A program made the translations under genes and the position numbers. Below, one piece after another: positions 30,017 through 40,223 of a stretch of 64,000 nucleotides of DNA. The notes under the pieces were generated by a model. It was given only the letters and a program-made list of their open reading frames with translations, was not told the origin of the DNA and ran no database searches. This DNA comes from an uncultured Bifidobacterium sp. (GTDB lineage Bacteria > Actinomycetota > Actinomycetes > Nanopelagicales > Nanopelagicaceae): assembly GCA_964567545.1 (NCBI GenBank), contig CAZMNB010000001.1:43763-107762 (forward strand), given 5' to 3'. Positions within the stretch are counted from its first letter, which is position 1. Every line of letters starts with the position of its first letter.

Positions 30017-31198
30017 CTACTTTATTTTTAAATTAGCGATGTAACTTTCAAAATTTCTACGCGTCTCCGAAACGCTGTCACCACCAAATTTTTCCAGCAC
30101 AACTTCTGCTAAAACCAACGCCACCATCGCTTCTGCGACTATTCCAGCTGCTGGGACTGCGCAAACATCGGATCGTTGGTTAATTGCTTTTGCAGCCTCA
30201 CCAGTTGCGGTATCGATCGTATCCAGCGCTTTCGGTACCGTTGAAATTGGCTTCATCGCGGCTCTCACTCGCAAAATTTCGCCGTTGCTCATCCCGCCTT
30301 CAGTCCCGCCAGCTCGATCACTTCTACGCACAATCTCTCCGTTTGAATTCTTTTCTATCTCATCATGGGCTACCGAACCGCGACGCCCCGCAGTTGTGAA
30401 TCCGTCCCCGATCTCTACCCCTTTTATCGCCTGAATACCCATAATTGCGCCAGCTAATTTCGAATCCAATCTGCGATCCCAATGCACATGGGAACCAAGT
30501 CCTGGCGGTAAGTTGTAAGCCAATACCTCCACAACTCCACCTAACGTATCGCCATCTGAATGCGCTGCTTCAATCTCTGTAACCATTTTTGCGCTAGTAG
30601 TTGGATCAGCGCAACGTACTGGATCTGCATCTACCAAATCCCGCTCCTTAGGCAGCGGCAATTTTGCATTTTCTGGGGTTGATACCGTTCCAATAGCTAA
30701 AACATGGCTAAGAATTTCAATTCCAATAGTTTGTTTCAAGAACTGTCTAGCTACCGCACCAAGTGCTACTCGAGTTGCAGTTTCACGCGCCGAAGCTCTT
30801 TCCAAAATCGGTCGCGCATCATCGAAGGCATATTTCTGCATTCCAACCAGGTCGGCATGGCCAGGTCTAGGTCTAGTTAGCGGCGCATTTCGAGCCAAAT
30901 TGGCAATTTCATCTGCTGCAATTGGGTCTGCGGCCATGACTTTTTCCCACTTAGGCCATTCCGAATTTGCAATCTCAATCGCTATCGGTCCGCCTTGTGA
31001 AATTCCATGACGAACCCCACCAAGAATAGAAACTTTATCTGCTTCAAAAGTTTGACGAGCACCTCGTCCGGTACCTAAGCGGCGCCGTTTAAGATCGCGA
31101 TCAATATCAGTAGTTGAAATCTTTATTGCAGCTGGCATGCCTTCGATGATCCCCATCAAAGCTGGGCCGTGTGACTCTCCCGCAGTTAGCCAACGCAT
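30017..31198 (-). CDS. aroC: chorismate synthase
   Basis: 393 aa. [20 protein letters not shown] and SARETA are present. Confidence 0.96.
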   Translation of the reverse strand: MRWLTAGESHGPALMGIIEGMPAAIKISTTDIDRDLKRRRLGTGRGARQTFEADKVSILGGVRHGISQGGPIAIEIANSEWPKWEKVMAADPIAADEIANLARNAPLTRPRPGHADLVGMQKYAFDDARPILERASARETATRVALGAVARQFLKQTIGIEILSHVLAIGTVSTPENAKLPLPKERDLVDADPVRCADPTTSAKMVTEIEAAHSDGDTLGGVVEVLAYNLPPGLGSHVHWDRRLDSKLAGAIMGIQAIKGVEIGDGFTTAGRRGSVAHDEIEKNSNGEIVRRSDRAGGTEGGMSNGEILRVRAAMKPISTVPKALDTIDTATGEAAKAINQRSDVCAVPAAGIVAEAMVALVLAEVVLEKFGGDSVSETRRNFESYIANLKIK

Positions 31199-31277
31199 AT
31201 TTGAACCCTTCCAAAAATAAATACTGGGCTCTATTCTCTCAGATATCTCGGTATTACTGCGCGCTAATTAGCTGTGC

Positions 31278-31748
31278 CTAGTGAAAAGTAGAAACCAGGC
31301 CCGCTAGCGCCCCTAGAAAAAGCGCAGGAGCCATTGGAATCGCTTTCGGTTCTGCCGAGGAAAGCAATTGTTTGATAGCCACGCCCCCAGTCATGCTCCA
31401 AGTTACAACAATAGCAACTTGATTCGCTTCTATAATCGTTGAAAAAGGCAAGGTTGAATCCAGAAACACTGCAATTAATAGCGCGTATTTTAAATCACCA
31501 GCTCCGATTTTAAAGCCAGTGCAAGCGGCTAAAAGTAAATAGAAGATGGTAACCATCCAAAATATCTCTAAGCGAAATCTAGCGGATTCCAAATAATTTC
31601 GATCTACTATCAAACGGATTAAAGCCAACCCCAGAAAGCAAATAGCTAATTTTATGAGTATGGAATTGCGAATCCGATGTGTCAAAAAATCCACAATCGA
31701 TATATGGATACCGGTGCAGATGAAGATGATGATTGAAACTATCGCCAT
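31278..31748 (-). CDS. A24-family prepilin peptidase (short TadV/CpaA-like, no methyltransferase domain)
   Basis: 156 aa with about 5 TM segments. Both aspartyl motifs are present (IVDFLTHRIRN and GAGDLKY), as is the terminal AIPMAPALFLGAL. It is embedded between aroE and aroC. Confidence 0.7.
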   Translation of the reverse strand: MAIVSIIIFICTGIHISIVDFLTHRIRNSILIKLAICFLGLALIRLIVDRNYLESARFRLEIFWMVTIFYLLLAACTGFKIGAGDLKYALLIAVFLDSTLPFSTIIEANQVAIVVTWSMTGGVAIKQLLSSAEPKAIPMAPALFLGALAGLVSTFH

Positions 31749-31780
31749 ATTGAATGATACGGCGGCGACCGTGAAACTTT

Positions 31781-32629
31781 TTAGCCGTTGTTGATAACCG
31801 CCATTGCGTGAGTGCGCAATTCTTGATACATAGATTGCGAATCAAATGAAATTCGCGTCATTAGTCGAAGCTGTTCTAGGGCTTGTCGAATTAAAAGTTC
31901 AAGACCATCAATTAGCAGGCCGCCGGACTCTTGCCAAAGCACTGACGGTCTGGATGGGAAAGGTGAGTAAGAAACATCTAGGAGTATCTGATCGCTCTTA
32001 ATTCTTGCTGGTATCGCATTTGCTAACGAAAAAAAAGCGCTACTTGGTAGAGTGCTTATTACGAGGAAATCGTGGGCAATCTCTGCAAGATCTTCAAAAT
32101 TGAAGAATCTAATCTGACTTAACAATGCAGCTTTTTTCACCAATTCATTACGATTTTCCGATCGTTGGTAAATATTTATGTTCTTCACTAAGCCATCCAA
32201 TGCCGCCAGTGCCGCTCGCGCAGTTCCGCCGCCGCCAATGATTGAAATGGCACTATCTTGCGTAATTTGTAATCTATTGAAAATAGCAGCGAAACCCATC
32301 ACGTCAGTAGAAAGGATCTGCACATCTACCGCATGGCTACTGCGCTCGATCAAAATCGTATTTGCCGAAGAAATTCGTTTCGCCAACGGATCAACACCGG
32401 CTCCAATAGTTGTGACTACTTCTTTTAATGGCATTGTTAAGGAGAACCCGCGCCAATTAACGGATGCGTCGATTGCGGTCGCTTCCGCAAAGAACTGCGG
32501 AAATTCAACTTCCGAAACCTCGATCGCCTCATATTTACCCGGAATTCCAAGAATTTCGTAAGCCCGATTATGAAGTAAGGGCGAAAGTGAATGCGAAATT
32601 GGCGAACCTAGGACCGCAGCTCTAATCAT
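31781..32629 (-). CDS. aroE: shikimate dehydrogenase
   Basis: 282 aa. GSPISHSLSPLLHNRAY, SLTMPLK and the GGGGTARAA Rossmann motif are present. Confidence 0.85.
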   Translation of the reverse strand: MIRAAVLGSPISHSLSPLLHNRAYEILGIPGKYEAIEVSEVEFPQFFAEATAIDASVNWRGFSLTMPLKEVVTTIGAGVDPLAKRISSANTILIERSSHAVDVQILSTDVMGFAAIFNRLQITQDSAISIIGGGGTARAALAALDGLVKNINIYQRSENRNELVKKAALLSQIRFFNFEDLAEIAHDFLVISTLPSSAFFSLANAIPARIKSDQILLDVSYSPFPSRPSVLWQESGGLLIDGLELLIRQALEQLRLMTRISFDSQSMYQELRTHAMAVINNG

Positions 32630-33651
32630 GAGGTAACCTTAAACAAACCTGCCGCAACATTCTTCTTGTATTCTAATTTCCAACCTAAAAATTCATCATT
32701 AGATTTTGTGAATCGAGTCTCCCCCGGCTTTACTGTTATAAAAAAAAGCCAATCCCCGATCGCTGGATTTACCGCCGCTTCGATGGCACTTAAAGTTGGG
32801 CTTCCAATTGGCGCCGGCGGTAGACCATAATTCTGATAGGTGTTGTATCGGCTCCTAATCTTTGTATCTTTGGTGGCTAGCGTTATTTCACCACGACGCT
32901 GTAACAAATACTGGACTGTGGTATCAAGTTGTAACGGCATATTGATTTTTAAACGGTTGTAAATTACTCGAGAAACTTTCTGGTAATCCTTAGCATCTGC
33001 TTCAGCTTGAATCAAAGAAGCGATGATCAGTAACTGATAATTACTATACCCGGCAACACTTTTTGTGAAATCAATCGGTTTAGTATTGTGATTGAAAGTA
33101 TCTATCATTTTACTAAGAACTTCTTTGATTGATGTATCTTTTACAAATGAATAGTTTGCCGGATAAAGGAAACCTTCAGGGTTACCAGTTCTCACACCTA
33201 ACGGCAATTTCAATTCCTTTAACGCAGCAAGCGTACTTTTTTTATCATAGCCAGATTCAACTAGTGCAGTTACAATTTCAGTTAGTCGGGCTCCATCTTT
33301 AACTACGATCAATCCAACAATTCTTTTGCTATCTAAAAGTTGCTCTAGCGCTAGCTTTGCTGGGATTTGGGTTTCTAGCAGATGATCTCCGGGGGCAATT
33401 CGAGCCGATCTTTGATCGCCCACTGCAATTCTAAAGAAAGATTCTGCAGACTTTATAACACCTGATTGAAAAAGATTTTGGGCAATTTGCGAGCCTGTTT
33501 CGCCATCGGTGATTGTTATAGATATTTCGGCGCGCGGAGAACCTGATGCAAAATCAGGCGCTGCGGCCGGACCACTATGCAGCGCTCGTAATCCCAGCGT
33601 CAACAGCGCAATCAGCAAAAACGGCGTAACTAGCGCTCGTACTAACTTCAT
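32626..33651 (-). CDS. mltG: endolytic murein transglycosylase MltG (YceG family)
   Basis: 341 aa with an N-terminal TM segment. ASLIQAEA, YNTY...GLPPAPIGSP and the block FTKSNDEF typify YceG/MltG. Confidence 0.9.
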   Translation of the reverse strand: MKLVRALVTPFLLIALLTLGLRALHSGPAAAPDFASGSPRAEISITITDGETGSQIAQNLFQSGVIKSAESFFRIAVGDQRSARIAPGDHLLETQIPAKLALEQLLDSKRIVGLIVVKDGARLTEIVTALVESGYDKKSTLAALKELKLPLGVRTGNPEGFLYPANYSFVKDTSIKEVLSKMIDTFNHNTKPIDFTKSVAGYSNYQLLIIASLIQAEADAKDYQKVSRVIYNRLKINMPLQLDTTVQYLLQRRGEITLATKDTKIRSRYNTYQNYGLPPAPIGSPTLSAIEAAVNPAIGDWLFFITVKPGETRFTKSNDEFLGWKLEYKKNVAAGLFKVTS

Positions 33652-34094
33652 ATTTTAAGACCAGCCGGTTTACCTTGGCTTTTCTCTACTTGCAACGCAA
33701 ATTCTAAAATATTGGCGGCAGCGAATTGATCAATTACATCACGATTTCTAGAAGGTGACTTATTCAGTGCTTGTAATTGCTTCTCAGCTTTTGTAGTTGA
33801 AAATCGTTCATCAATTAAGAAAATTTGCAGACCGAAATTATCACGGAGCATCTCTCCAAAAAATCTCACTTTTTCACTACTTGCGCTGGAATTTCCGGAT
33901 AGATGGATTGGCAAGCCAATATAAACATAAATCGGTGCTATGTCGTAAAAAAGTTCGGCCAATTCGCGTTGTAGCGTAACCGGATCGTTTTTAAGAGTTG
34001 TTAATGGTGCGGCTAAAATCGCCTCCTGATCTGATACTGCCACTCCAATTCGTATTTCTCCGTAATCGAAAGCAATTCGCTTTCCACTTTCCAT
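33648..34094 (-). CDS. ruvX: Holliday junction resolvase-like pre-16S rRNA nuclease RuvX/YqgF
   Basis: 148 aa. RIAFDYGEIRIGVAVSD, LIDERFST and AAANILE motifs are present. It lies directly after alaS. Confidence 0.9.
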   Translation of the reverse strand: MESGKRIAFDYGEIRIGVAVSDQEAILAAPLTTLKNDPVTLQRELAELFYDIAPIYVYIGLPIHLSGNSSASSEKVRFFGEMLRDNFGLQIFLIDERFSTTKAEKQLQALNKSPSRNRDVIDQFAAANILEFALQVEKSQGKPAGLKI

Positions 34095-34095
34095 A

Positions 34096-36780
34096 TTATT
34101 TACCAGTTGTGAGAGTGATTAACTCTTTGATAGCAGAAAATGCGGCATCTATCTTCGCTACTGCAACGCCGCCACCTTGTGCGAAATCATCTTTACCGCC
34201 ACCACCGCCGCCTAAAATTTCACTAGCACTTTTAACTATTGCTCCAGCCTTGACGCCAAAAGTACGGGCAAGATCATCCACCGCTGCAATTAAAACCACT
34301 TTGCCTTCTTGAACACTTGCCAAAACCACAACCGAGTTGGTTATTTGGGAACGTAAATTTAACGCGATAGTACGAAGATCATCACCGGAGATCCCATCGG
34401 AGACTCGTGCCGTGATAAGCGAAACCTTCCCGAGGTTTAACGCCGTGGCGATCAATTTCTTTGAATCCGCGATTGCGGCCGCGGTTTTTATGCTGGCTAA
34501 CTCTTTTTCAATCTCCTTATGTTTGGCGAGCAATTCCGCAATTCTCTCTGGCATCTCTTCTGGGCGCGCGCCTTTTATTAAATCCGTAATTGAATTTAAA
34601 AGTAGATGTTCTCTAGCTAAAAATGAGTACGCATCTGCACCAACTAGCGCTTCTACCCGTCGAACTCCAGCTCCAATTGATGATTCGCTTAACAATTTAA
34701 CCACTCCGAGTTGTCCAGACCTAGAAACGTGGGTACCGCCGCAAAGTTCTCGAGCCCAGTTCCCAACGCTGACAACGCGAACCCGCTCACCATATTTTTC
34801 CCCAAATAGCGCCATCGCTCCGGAAGCTTTCGCATCAGATTGGGACATCACCTCGGCAGTAACTTCTAAATCGTCTAACAAAAGTGCATTCACTCGCGCT
34901 TCGACATCATTTAAAGTAGAAAGTGGAACTGCGCCAGCAGCTGGAAAATCAAATCTAAATCTTCCAGGTGAATTCTCGGAACCTGCCTGGGTCGCAGTTT
35001 CACCTAAAATTTCACGAAAAGCTTTATGAACCATATGAGTTGCGGTATGCGCTCTGGAAATTCCATTTCTTCTTTCAATATCAATTTCGGCTAGCACGGT
35101 AGCGTTTTTAGTTATAACGCCTGAAATCACTCTGCCACGATGAACCGATAAACCTGGAATCGGGCTCTGCACATCATCAACCTCAATGATCGCCCCATTT
35201 TCCAAAGTAATGCGGCCGCCATCAGCTAGTTGCCCACCACCCTCAGCATAAAACGGAGTTCGATTTAGTACTACTTCAATTTCATCGCCGACTTTAGCTT
35301 CATCTGCATAAATACCATCAACTAAAAAACCACTAATTGAGGATTCACTTTTTAAACTTTCATAACCAACAAATTCTATTTTTCCAGATTCGTCCAAAAT
35401 TTTACGATATTCCGTTAAATCTGTATGTCCGCTCTTCTTCGCTTTTGCGTCCGCCTTTGCTCGATCTCTCTGTTCTTTCATTAATTTGCGGAAACCGACC
35501 TCATCTATCGTTAATCCCTCTTCGGCCGCCATTTCGAGCGTTAAATCAAATGGAAAACCATAGGTATCATGCAATTTGAAAACTTCATCCCCGCTTAATT
35601 TTGCACCACCCTGTTTTTTAAGAGCGGTACTTGCTAAATCAAATATCTGGGTGCCACTCTTAAGTGTTTGCAGAAATACATTTTCTTCTGCCACCGCTAC
35701 CGAAAGTATTCGCTTCTTATCAGCGATCAATTCCGGATACTGAGAACCCATTGCAGAAATCGAAACTTCAATTAACTCGTTCATGTTGGCATCTTCAGCG
35801 CCAAGCAAGCGCATATTTCGGGTTGTGCGGCGCATCATGCGACGCAGCACGTAACCCCGCCCTTCATTTCCGGGCGTAACCCCGTCACCAATTAGCATCA
35901 TTGCAGTACGCGCATGGTCGGCTATGACACGCAGCGAAATATCGCTCTTAGAATCCTTGCCATATTTAACTCCGGCTAGTTCACTTGCGCGCCGCAAAAT
36001 TTGCATGGTGGTATCAATTTCATAAATATTTTCAACACCTTGAAGTAGCGCTGCAGTTCGTTCTAACCCCAATCCTGTATCAATATTCTTAGCTGGTAAC
36101 TCACCAATAATCGGAAAACTATCCTTATTTCCACCCTCGCCACGAATATTTTGCATGAAAACTAAATTCCATACCTCTAAATAGCGATCCTCGTCCGCAA
36201 TTGGACCACCTTCTTTTCCATATTCTGGTCCGCGATCATAATAAATTTCAGAACATGGTCCGCAAGGACCTGGTACGCCCATCGACCAAAAATTATCAGC
36301 CATACCTCGACGTTGAATTCGCTCTTTCGGTACTCCAATTTTTTCATGCCATATATTGGCTGCTTCATCATCATCTAAATAAACAGTTACCCAAAGTTTC
36401 GACTCTGGAAATCCAAATCCGCCATCGCTTATCGGGCGCGTTAACAAATCCCAAGCCAGCGCAATCGCACCTTCTTTAAAGTAATCGCCGAATGAAAAAT
36501 TGCCACACATTTGAAAAAATGATGCATGGCGAGTGGTTTTTCCGACTTCATCAATATCTAAAGTCCGCACACATTTTTGAACAGAGGTGGCTCGCTTGTA
36601 AGGAGGAGTTATCTCGCCGAGAAAATAGGGTTTAAATGGGACCATTCCAGCATTAACTAATAGAAGATTGGGATCATTTAAAATTAAGGAAGCTGAAGGT
36701 ACTACGGTATGTGTTAAGCCAGCGCGGTTATCGGATTCAAAGAAACGTAACCAGCGAGATCTGATTTCCGCTGATTCCAC
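34096..36780 (-). CDS. alaS: alanine--tRNA ligase
   Basis: 894 aa. The class II core is present ([15 protein letters not shown]), together with the editing-domain HTATH and a C-terminal DHHA1 domain with a GGGGGK stretch. Confidence 0.97.
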   Translation of the reverse strand: MESAEIRSRWLRFFESDNRAGLTHTVVPSASLILNDPNLLLVNAGMVPFKPYFLGEITPPYKRATSVQKCVRTLDIDEVGKTTRHASFFQMCGNFSFGDYFKEGAIALAWDLLTRPISDGGFGFPESKLWVTVYLDDDEAANIWHEKIGVPKERIQRRGMADNFWSMGVPGPCGPCSEIYYDRGPEYGKEGGPIADEDRYLEVWNLVFMQNIRGEGGNKDSFPIIGELPAKNIDTGLGLERTAALLQGVENIYEIDTTMQILRRASELAGVKYGKDSKSDISLRVIADHARTAMMLIGDGVTPGNEGRGYVLRRMMRRTTRNMRLLGAEDANMNELIEVSISAMGSQYPELIADKKRILSVAVAEENVFLQTLKSGTQIFDLASTALKKQGGAKLSGDEVFKLHDTYGFPFDLTLEMAAEEGLTIDEVGFRKLMKEQRDRAKADAKAKKSGHTDLTEYRKILDESGKIEFVGYESLKSESSISGFLVDGIYADEAKVGDEIEVVLNRTPFYAEGGGQLADGGRITLENGAIIEVDDVQSPIPGLSVHRGRVISGVITKNATVLAEIDIERRNGISRAHTATHMVHKAFREILGETATQAGSENSPGRFRFDFPAAGAVPLSTLNDVEARVNALLLDDLEVTAEVMSQSDAKASGAMALFGEKYGERVRVVSVGNWARELCGGTHVSRSGQLGVVKLLSESSIGAGVRRVEALVGADAYSFLAREHLLLNSITDLIKGARPEEMPERIAELLAKHKEIEKELASIKTAAAIADSKKLIATALNLGKVSLITARVSDGISGDDLRTIALNLRSQITNSVVVLASVQEGKVVLIAAVDDLARTFGVKAGAIVKSASEILGGGGGGKDDFAQGGGVAVAKIDAAFSAIKELITLTTGK

Positions 36781-36784
36781 CTAT

Positions 36785-37189
36785 TTACTCGGATTCCTCA
36801 TCATCGACAAAAGCTTTTGCCTTCTTAGAAGATTTTGTTTTCTTTTTGCCCTTACCTTTGCGCAGTTGCGCCGCAGTCAATAAACCACCAGCTACCTTCA
36901 TCGCCAATTCATTCTTATCCAAAAATGTTGAAGTTGTCGCAGAAATTTTTGAAGAAATGTCTTCCACTGATTTGGTAACCCGATTAATGCTGTGCAGTGG
37001 ACCATTTACTAATTTAACAGTGGTGGTAACTTCTTCAAGGAGTGGGGTTGTTTCCTCGGTAATGGATTTAACCGCAACGCCTACTTCATCTATAGCGCGA
37101 CCTAGTCGAACCACTGCATAAGCTATCGCCAGAGCGATCACCGCTAGAGCGATGGCGGCAATAATTGTTGCAATTCCTCCTGGACCCAT
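36785..37189 (-). CDS. DUF948-family membrane-anchored protein
   Basis: 134 aa with an N-terminal TM segment, then a coiled region (VKSITEETTPLLEEVTTTVKLVNGPL) and a Lys-rich tail. It holds the conserved position upstream of alaS in actinobacteria (from memory). Confidence 0.65.
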   Translation of the reverse strand: MGPGGIATIIAAIALAVIALAIAYAVVRLGRAIDEVGVAVKSITEETTPLLEEVTTTVKLVNGPLHSINRVTKSVEDISSKISATTSTFLDKNELAMKVAGGLLTAAQLRKGKGKKKTKSSKKAKAFVDDEESE

Positions 37190-37230
37190 ATGGCTAGGTT
37201 ACTAGAGTTCATTACGAACTTGGCGCAGGT

Positions 37231-39489
37231 TTAAACCTGATGGAATCTAGGAATCTCAATATCTGGTGTTTTATGGCCAGCATGTGCCGCAACTGCAGCA
37301 TCATGATAAGCCTCAATTGCAACGATATTTTCATCAATTAGATAGAGACGGCCATCTGCAATAGTTCCGGCTTTTCCTTCTATCACTGCAACGACATCAT
37401 CCCCCGAAAGGGTTTTGTGGATTTCCAGCGCATGCGCTACTGCTAACACTTTGCTCCGGTTATCGCGAAGAATAACTTCGGCTTTTGCCAATAAAGACGA
37501 AAGATTATCTTCAATTCGATCGGCTAGCGCTCGCTTCATCTCTTTGCTCGAATCATCTTTTTTGCTACCACCTGGGGCGCCGAGATCCATTCGTCGACTA
37601 GAGGCATAAGACGAAACAGTGGAACCCATTCCCCATTGTCCTTCCATTAGCGCTGCCACCGTTGTCGCGCTCTCTAAATCTCCAGAGACTCCAGAAGAAT
37701 TATCACCTTTGAAAAACATCCGCTCGCCAGCCAGCGATGCAAGTGAAACTAAAATATCCGACTCGTATTCGGTGCGCCATCTAGTGAATTGATCATCTGG
37801 CGGGATGCTCGCCACCATACCGAGGTAATCTGAACCTTTTTCGATAGTAGCTAAATCAATTTCCATATGTCTGCGAGTTAGATGTGCCATAACTGCGTGA
37901 CATGCTTCATGAACAGCTACCGCATGACGCTCTCTTTCAATATATTCAACATCCTCCGCGGGTCCAAGTTCTTTCAACTGTTTCGCACGAAGTACATCGC
38001 TCCACATAATGTTAGTTCGACCATTTCGAATTGCCATAATCAAAGCTTCATTGATCAAATCCTTAATGGTTGCACCGGTCGCATAGGGAGTAATTGTTGC
38101 CAACTTATCTATCTCTAGTGCAGACAATGAATGTGAAACTTTTGCGAAATATCCTTCATAAGTGCGTACTCGACCTGCTTTGCTTGGATATCCAACTCGA
38201 TACATCCGATCAATTCGCCCTGGACGTAACAACGCTTCATCTAGTGCTTCGGGCATATTCGTCGCCATCACAACCAGAATCCGGTATTTCGGCGGATTCT
38301 TAGGGCGCATTCCAAGAGTTCGGCGCACAATGCGATTTATAAAACCACGGGGCTTTTTCAATCCAGAAAGTTCAGTAAGAAGTGCTTGCAGCGTTCCCAT
38401 TCCGCCGCCGCCATTTCCACCAGCACCACCCATCACGAAAGCGTTGCGAGCCAAAAGCGCCGCGGTATTTTTAGATAAATAATTTCCACCATGACAGGTG
38501 CTCTCGAAAATTTCGCTTTTCGCCATTGCCGTGTTTCGATTCTGGCCACCGCCAGAAACGATTCCGCGATTTCCAAGGGAATCTGCTTCATCGAAAAAAA
38601 CTACAACGCCGCCATATCGAAGTGCTAACTTTCGCAACTTACGGAACAAGCTCTTAACCTTAAGTACACCAACCCCCATAAACATATTTGTGAAAGCACC
38701 TGGATCAACAAATACGAATGGTTTCCCAGTTTCGCCAGCCATCGATTCAGCCATTAAAGTTTTACCAGTACCCGGTGGTCCCCACAATAAAATTCCGCCT
38801 GGTACATAACCGCCATGCTTCTCGATGCTTTCTGGGTTCTCCAAAAACACTAAATTTTCACGGATTCGATTTAGGACATGATCTTGCCCCCAAACATCAG
38901 AAAACCTAGTTCTGATGTCGTCTGGAAAATATGTATCTACTCCGCCTCGACTTAAGAACCAGAAAATGGCAGCAAATTGAATAACCACAAAGAAAACTGC
39001 GAAGAGCAATTGACCTAACATTGGCAGCGCGCTCCAAAGCGCTTTTGGTGCAAAGAAAAGCGCTCGTACTGGAGTTTCCTTATATATCGCGCCAAGAATT
39101 ACCGCTAACAGAGTTATTAGAAGTAAAACCTTGATAGCTCGAGAGAGCCGATAACGAGTCCAGTCACTTAATTTATGAAGTAAACCATCGACAAACTTAA
39201 AGTATTTTTGCCAGATACCGTGATATGGCGCCAATAATTCAGATAACAAGAAATGAGTTTGCCGGATAAATTCGATTGCAAGTAAGGCGAATAACCACCA
39301 TCTACTTTCTGAAGTGGATCTGACCGCATCCGTAAAACCCAGAATCGGATTGCCAGACATCTCTGCCCAAACCAAAATGAAAAAGACCAGAATGAACAAT
39401 GATACGAACTTACTACGGTCATATAAGGAGAGATGAACTCGGGTTTTACGATCAGAATCGCGCGCCCTGCTCGTTGAAACTTCAGCCAT
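37231..39489 (-). CDS. atypical FtsH-like membrane AAA+ ATPase / M41 zinc metalloprotease paralogue
   Basis: 752 aa. Walker A GPPGTGKT, pore loop FMGVG, Walker B VVFFDEAD, SRH LRPGRIDR, the zinc motif HEACH and GDLESAT are all present. The N-terminal ~190 aa carry 3-4 TM helices. Two insertions lie within the AAA module. Confidence 0.8.
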   Translation of the reverse strand: MAEVSTSRARDSDRKTRVHLSLYDRSKFVSLFILVFFILVWAEMSGNPILGFTDAVRSTSESRWWLFALLAIEFIRQTHFLLSELLAPYHGIWQKYFKFVDGLLHKLSDWTRYRLSRAIKVLLLITLLAVILGAIYKETPVRALFFAPKALWSALPMLGQLLFAVFFVVIQFAAIFWFLSRGGVDTYFPDDIRTRFSDVWGQDHVLNRIRENLVFLENPESIEKHGGYVPGGILLWGPPGTGKTLMAESMAGETGKPFVFVDPGAFTNMFMGVGVLKVKSLFRKLRKLALRYGGVVVFFDEADSLGNRGIVSGGGQNRNTAMAKSEIFESTCHGGNYLSKNTAALLARNAFVMGGAGGNGGGGMGTLQALLTELSGLKKPRGFINRIVRRTLGMRPKNPPKYRILVVMATNMPEALDEALLRPGRIDRMYRVGYPSKAGRVRTYEGYFAKVSHSLSALEIDKLATITPYATGATIKDLINEALIMAIRNGRTNIMWSDVLRAKQLKELGPAEDVEYIERERHAVAVHEACHAVMAHLTRRHMEIDLATIEKGSDYLGMVASIPPDDQFTRWRTEYESDILVSLASLAGERMFFKGDNSSGVSGDLESATTVAALMEGQWGMGSTVSSYASSRRMDLGAPGGSKKDDSSKEMKRALADRIEDNLSSLLAKAEVILRDNRSKVLAVAHALEIHKTLSGDDVVAVIEGKAGTIADGRLYLIDENIVAIEAYHDAAVAAHAGHKTPDIEIPRFHQV

Positions 39490-39509
39490 GCTCCACCCTC
39501 ATCATTTCG

Positions 39510-40223
39510 CTATTTTCCCCGGATTGTGAACGAGTTCGTAATCTTATCTAATGAACTTTGATTCTGGGTATAGCAAGTATCGCTGCATCGCGCTATCAGG
39601 ACATAAAGAACGGACCGGTCCGGAGAGAGCGCAACCGTTTGATTAATCGTTTCCAACTTCACATCACTCGCGGCAAAGGTGAAAACGCTCTTTATACCCG
39701 CGCCCCCTTTATCTTTGAAATCTTCATCTTCAATTAGCGTGAATTTCGGCGGGGTTAGCGAGCCATCGATCCAAGATGTTAGCGGCAACACGATATCTCG
39801 GAGCGAATTGAGAGATACGGAATTTACTTCTGTCGGATATAGATTTCTAATTCTTAGAAAAACTATTGGAGCATCTTTCGGCGCAATACTAAAAACATCC
39901 TTAGCCGTTATGGCCGAACTTGGCGAAAACGCGATCTGAAATTTTACTGCCGCCAATCGTTGCGCAGCGCCATTATCTTTTGATTTTGCTTCAAAATTAG
40001 CAAGGGTCGCATTACTAATCTCATGCCAACTTTCTGGAACTGTAAAAAAGACGCCATCATCTTTAAAGGAGACGTATTTTCGATCTGATTTCCCGCAGCT
40101 TGAAATGGATAGCATTAATCCTAAAAGAAGAACTAAGCGAAAAAAACGGCTACTAGTTCGCTTCCGGTTGGGCGTCAATCCCACTCTCCTTGCGTTGCGC
40201 TGGCGTAATTGGCGTAGGCGCAC
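39510..40223 (-). CDS. lipoprotein of unknown function
   Basis: The signal peptide plus lipobox is [18 protein letters not shown]. The ORF is open to a GTG at 40223. A TTG at 40178 preceded by AAGGAG (7-nt spacer) gives a textbook 25-aa lipoprotein signal peptide. Either start overlaps the aspS 3' end. The mature part is beta-rich, and I do not recognise the family. Confidence 0.6.
   Translation of the reverse strand: MRLRQLRQRNARRVGLTPNRKRTSSRFFRLVLLLGLMLSISSCGKSDRKYVSFKDDGVFFTVPESWHEISNATLANFEAKSKDNGAAQRLAAVKFQIAFSPSSAITAKDVFSIAPKDAPIVFLRIRNLYPTEVNSVSLNSLRDIVLPLTSWIDGSLTPPKFTLIEDEDFKDKGGAGIKSVFTFAASDVKLETINQTVALSPDRSVLYVLIARCSDTCYTQNQSSLDKITNSFTIRGK

Noticed and set aside
28800-30031. 155-aa and 146-aa plus-strand ORFs (28800-29267 and 29591-30031)
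   Set aside because: They are antisense to aroB and aroK respectively. Both sense genes have canonical motifs, and the antisense ORFs have no independent support.
34337-35029. 230-aa plus-strand ORF inside alaS
   Set aside because: It is antisense to a canonical AlaS region and has a Ser/Ala/Pro-rich shadow-frame composition.
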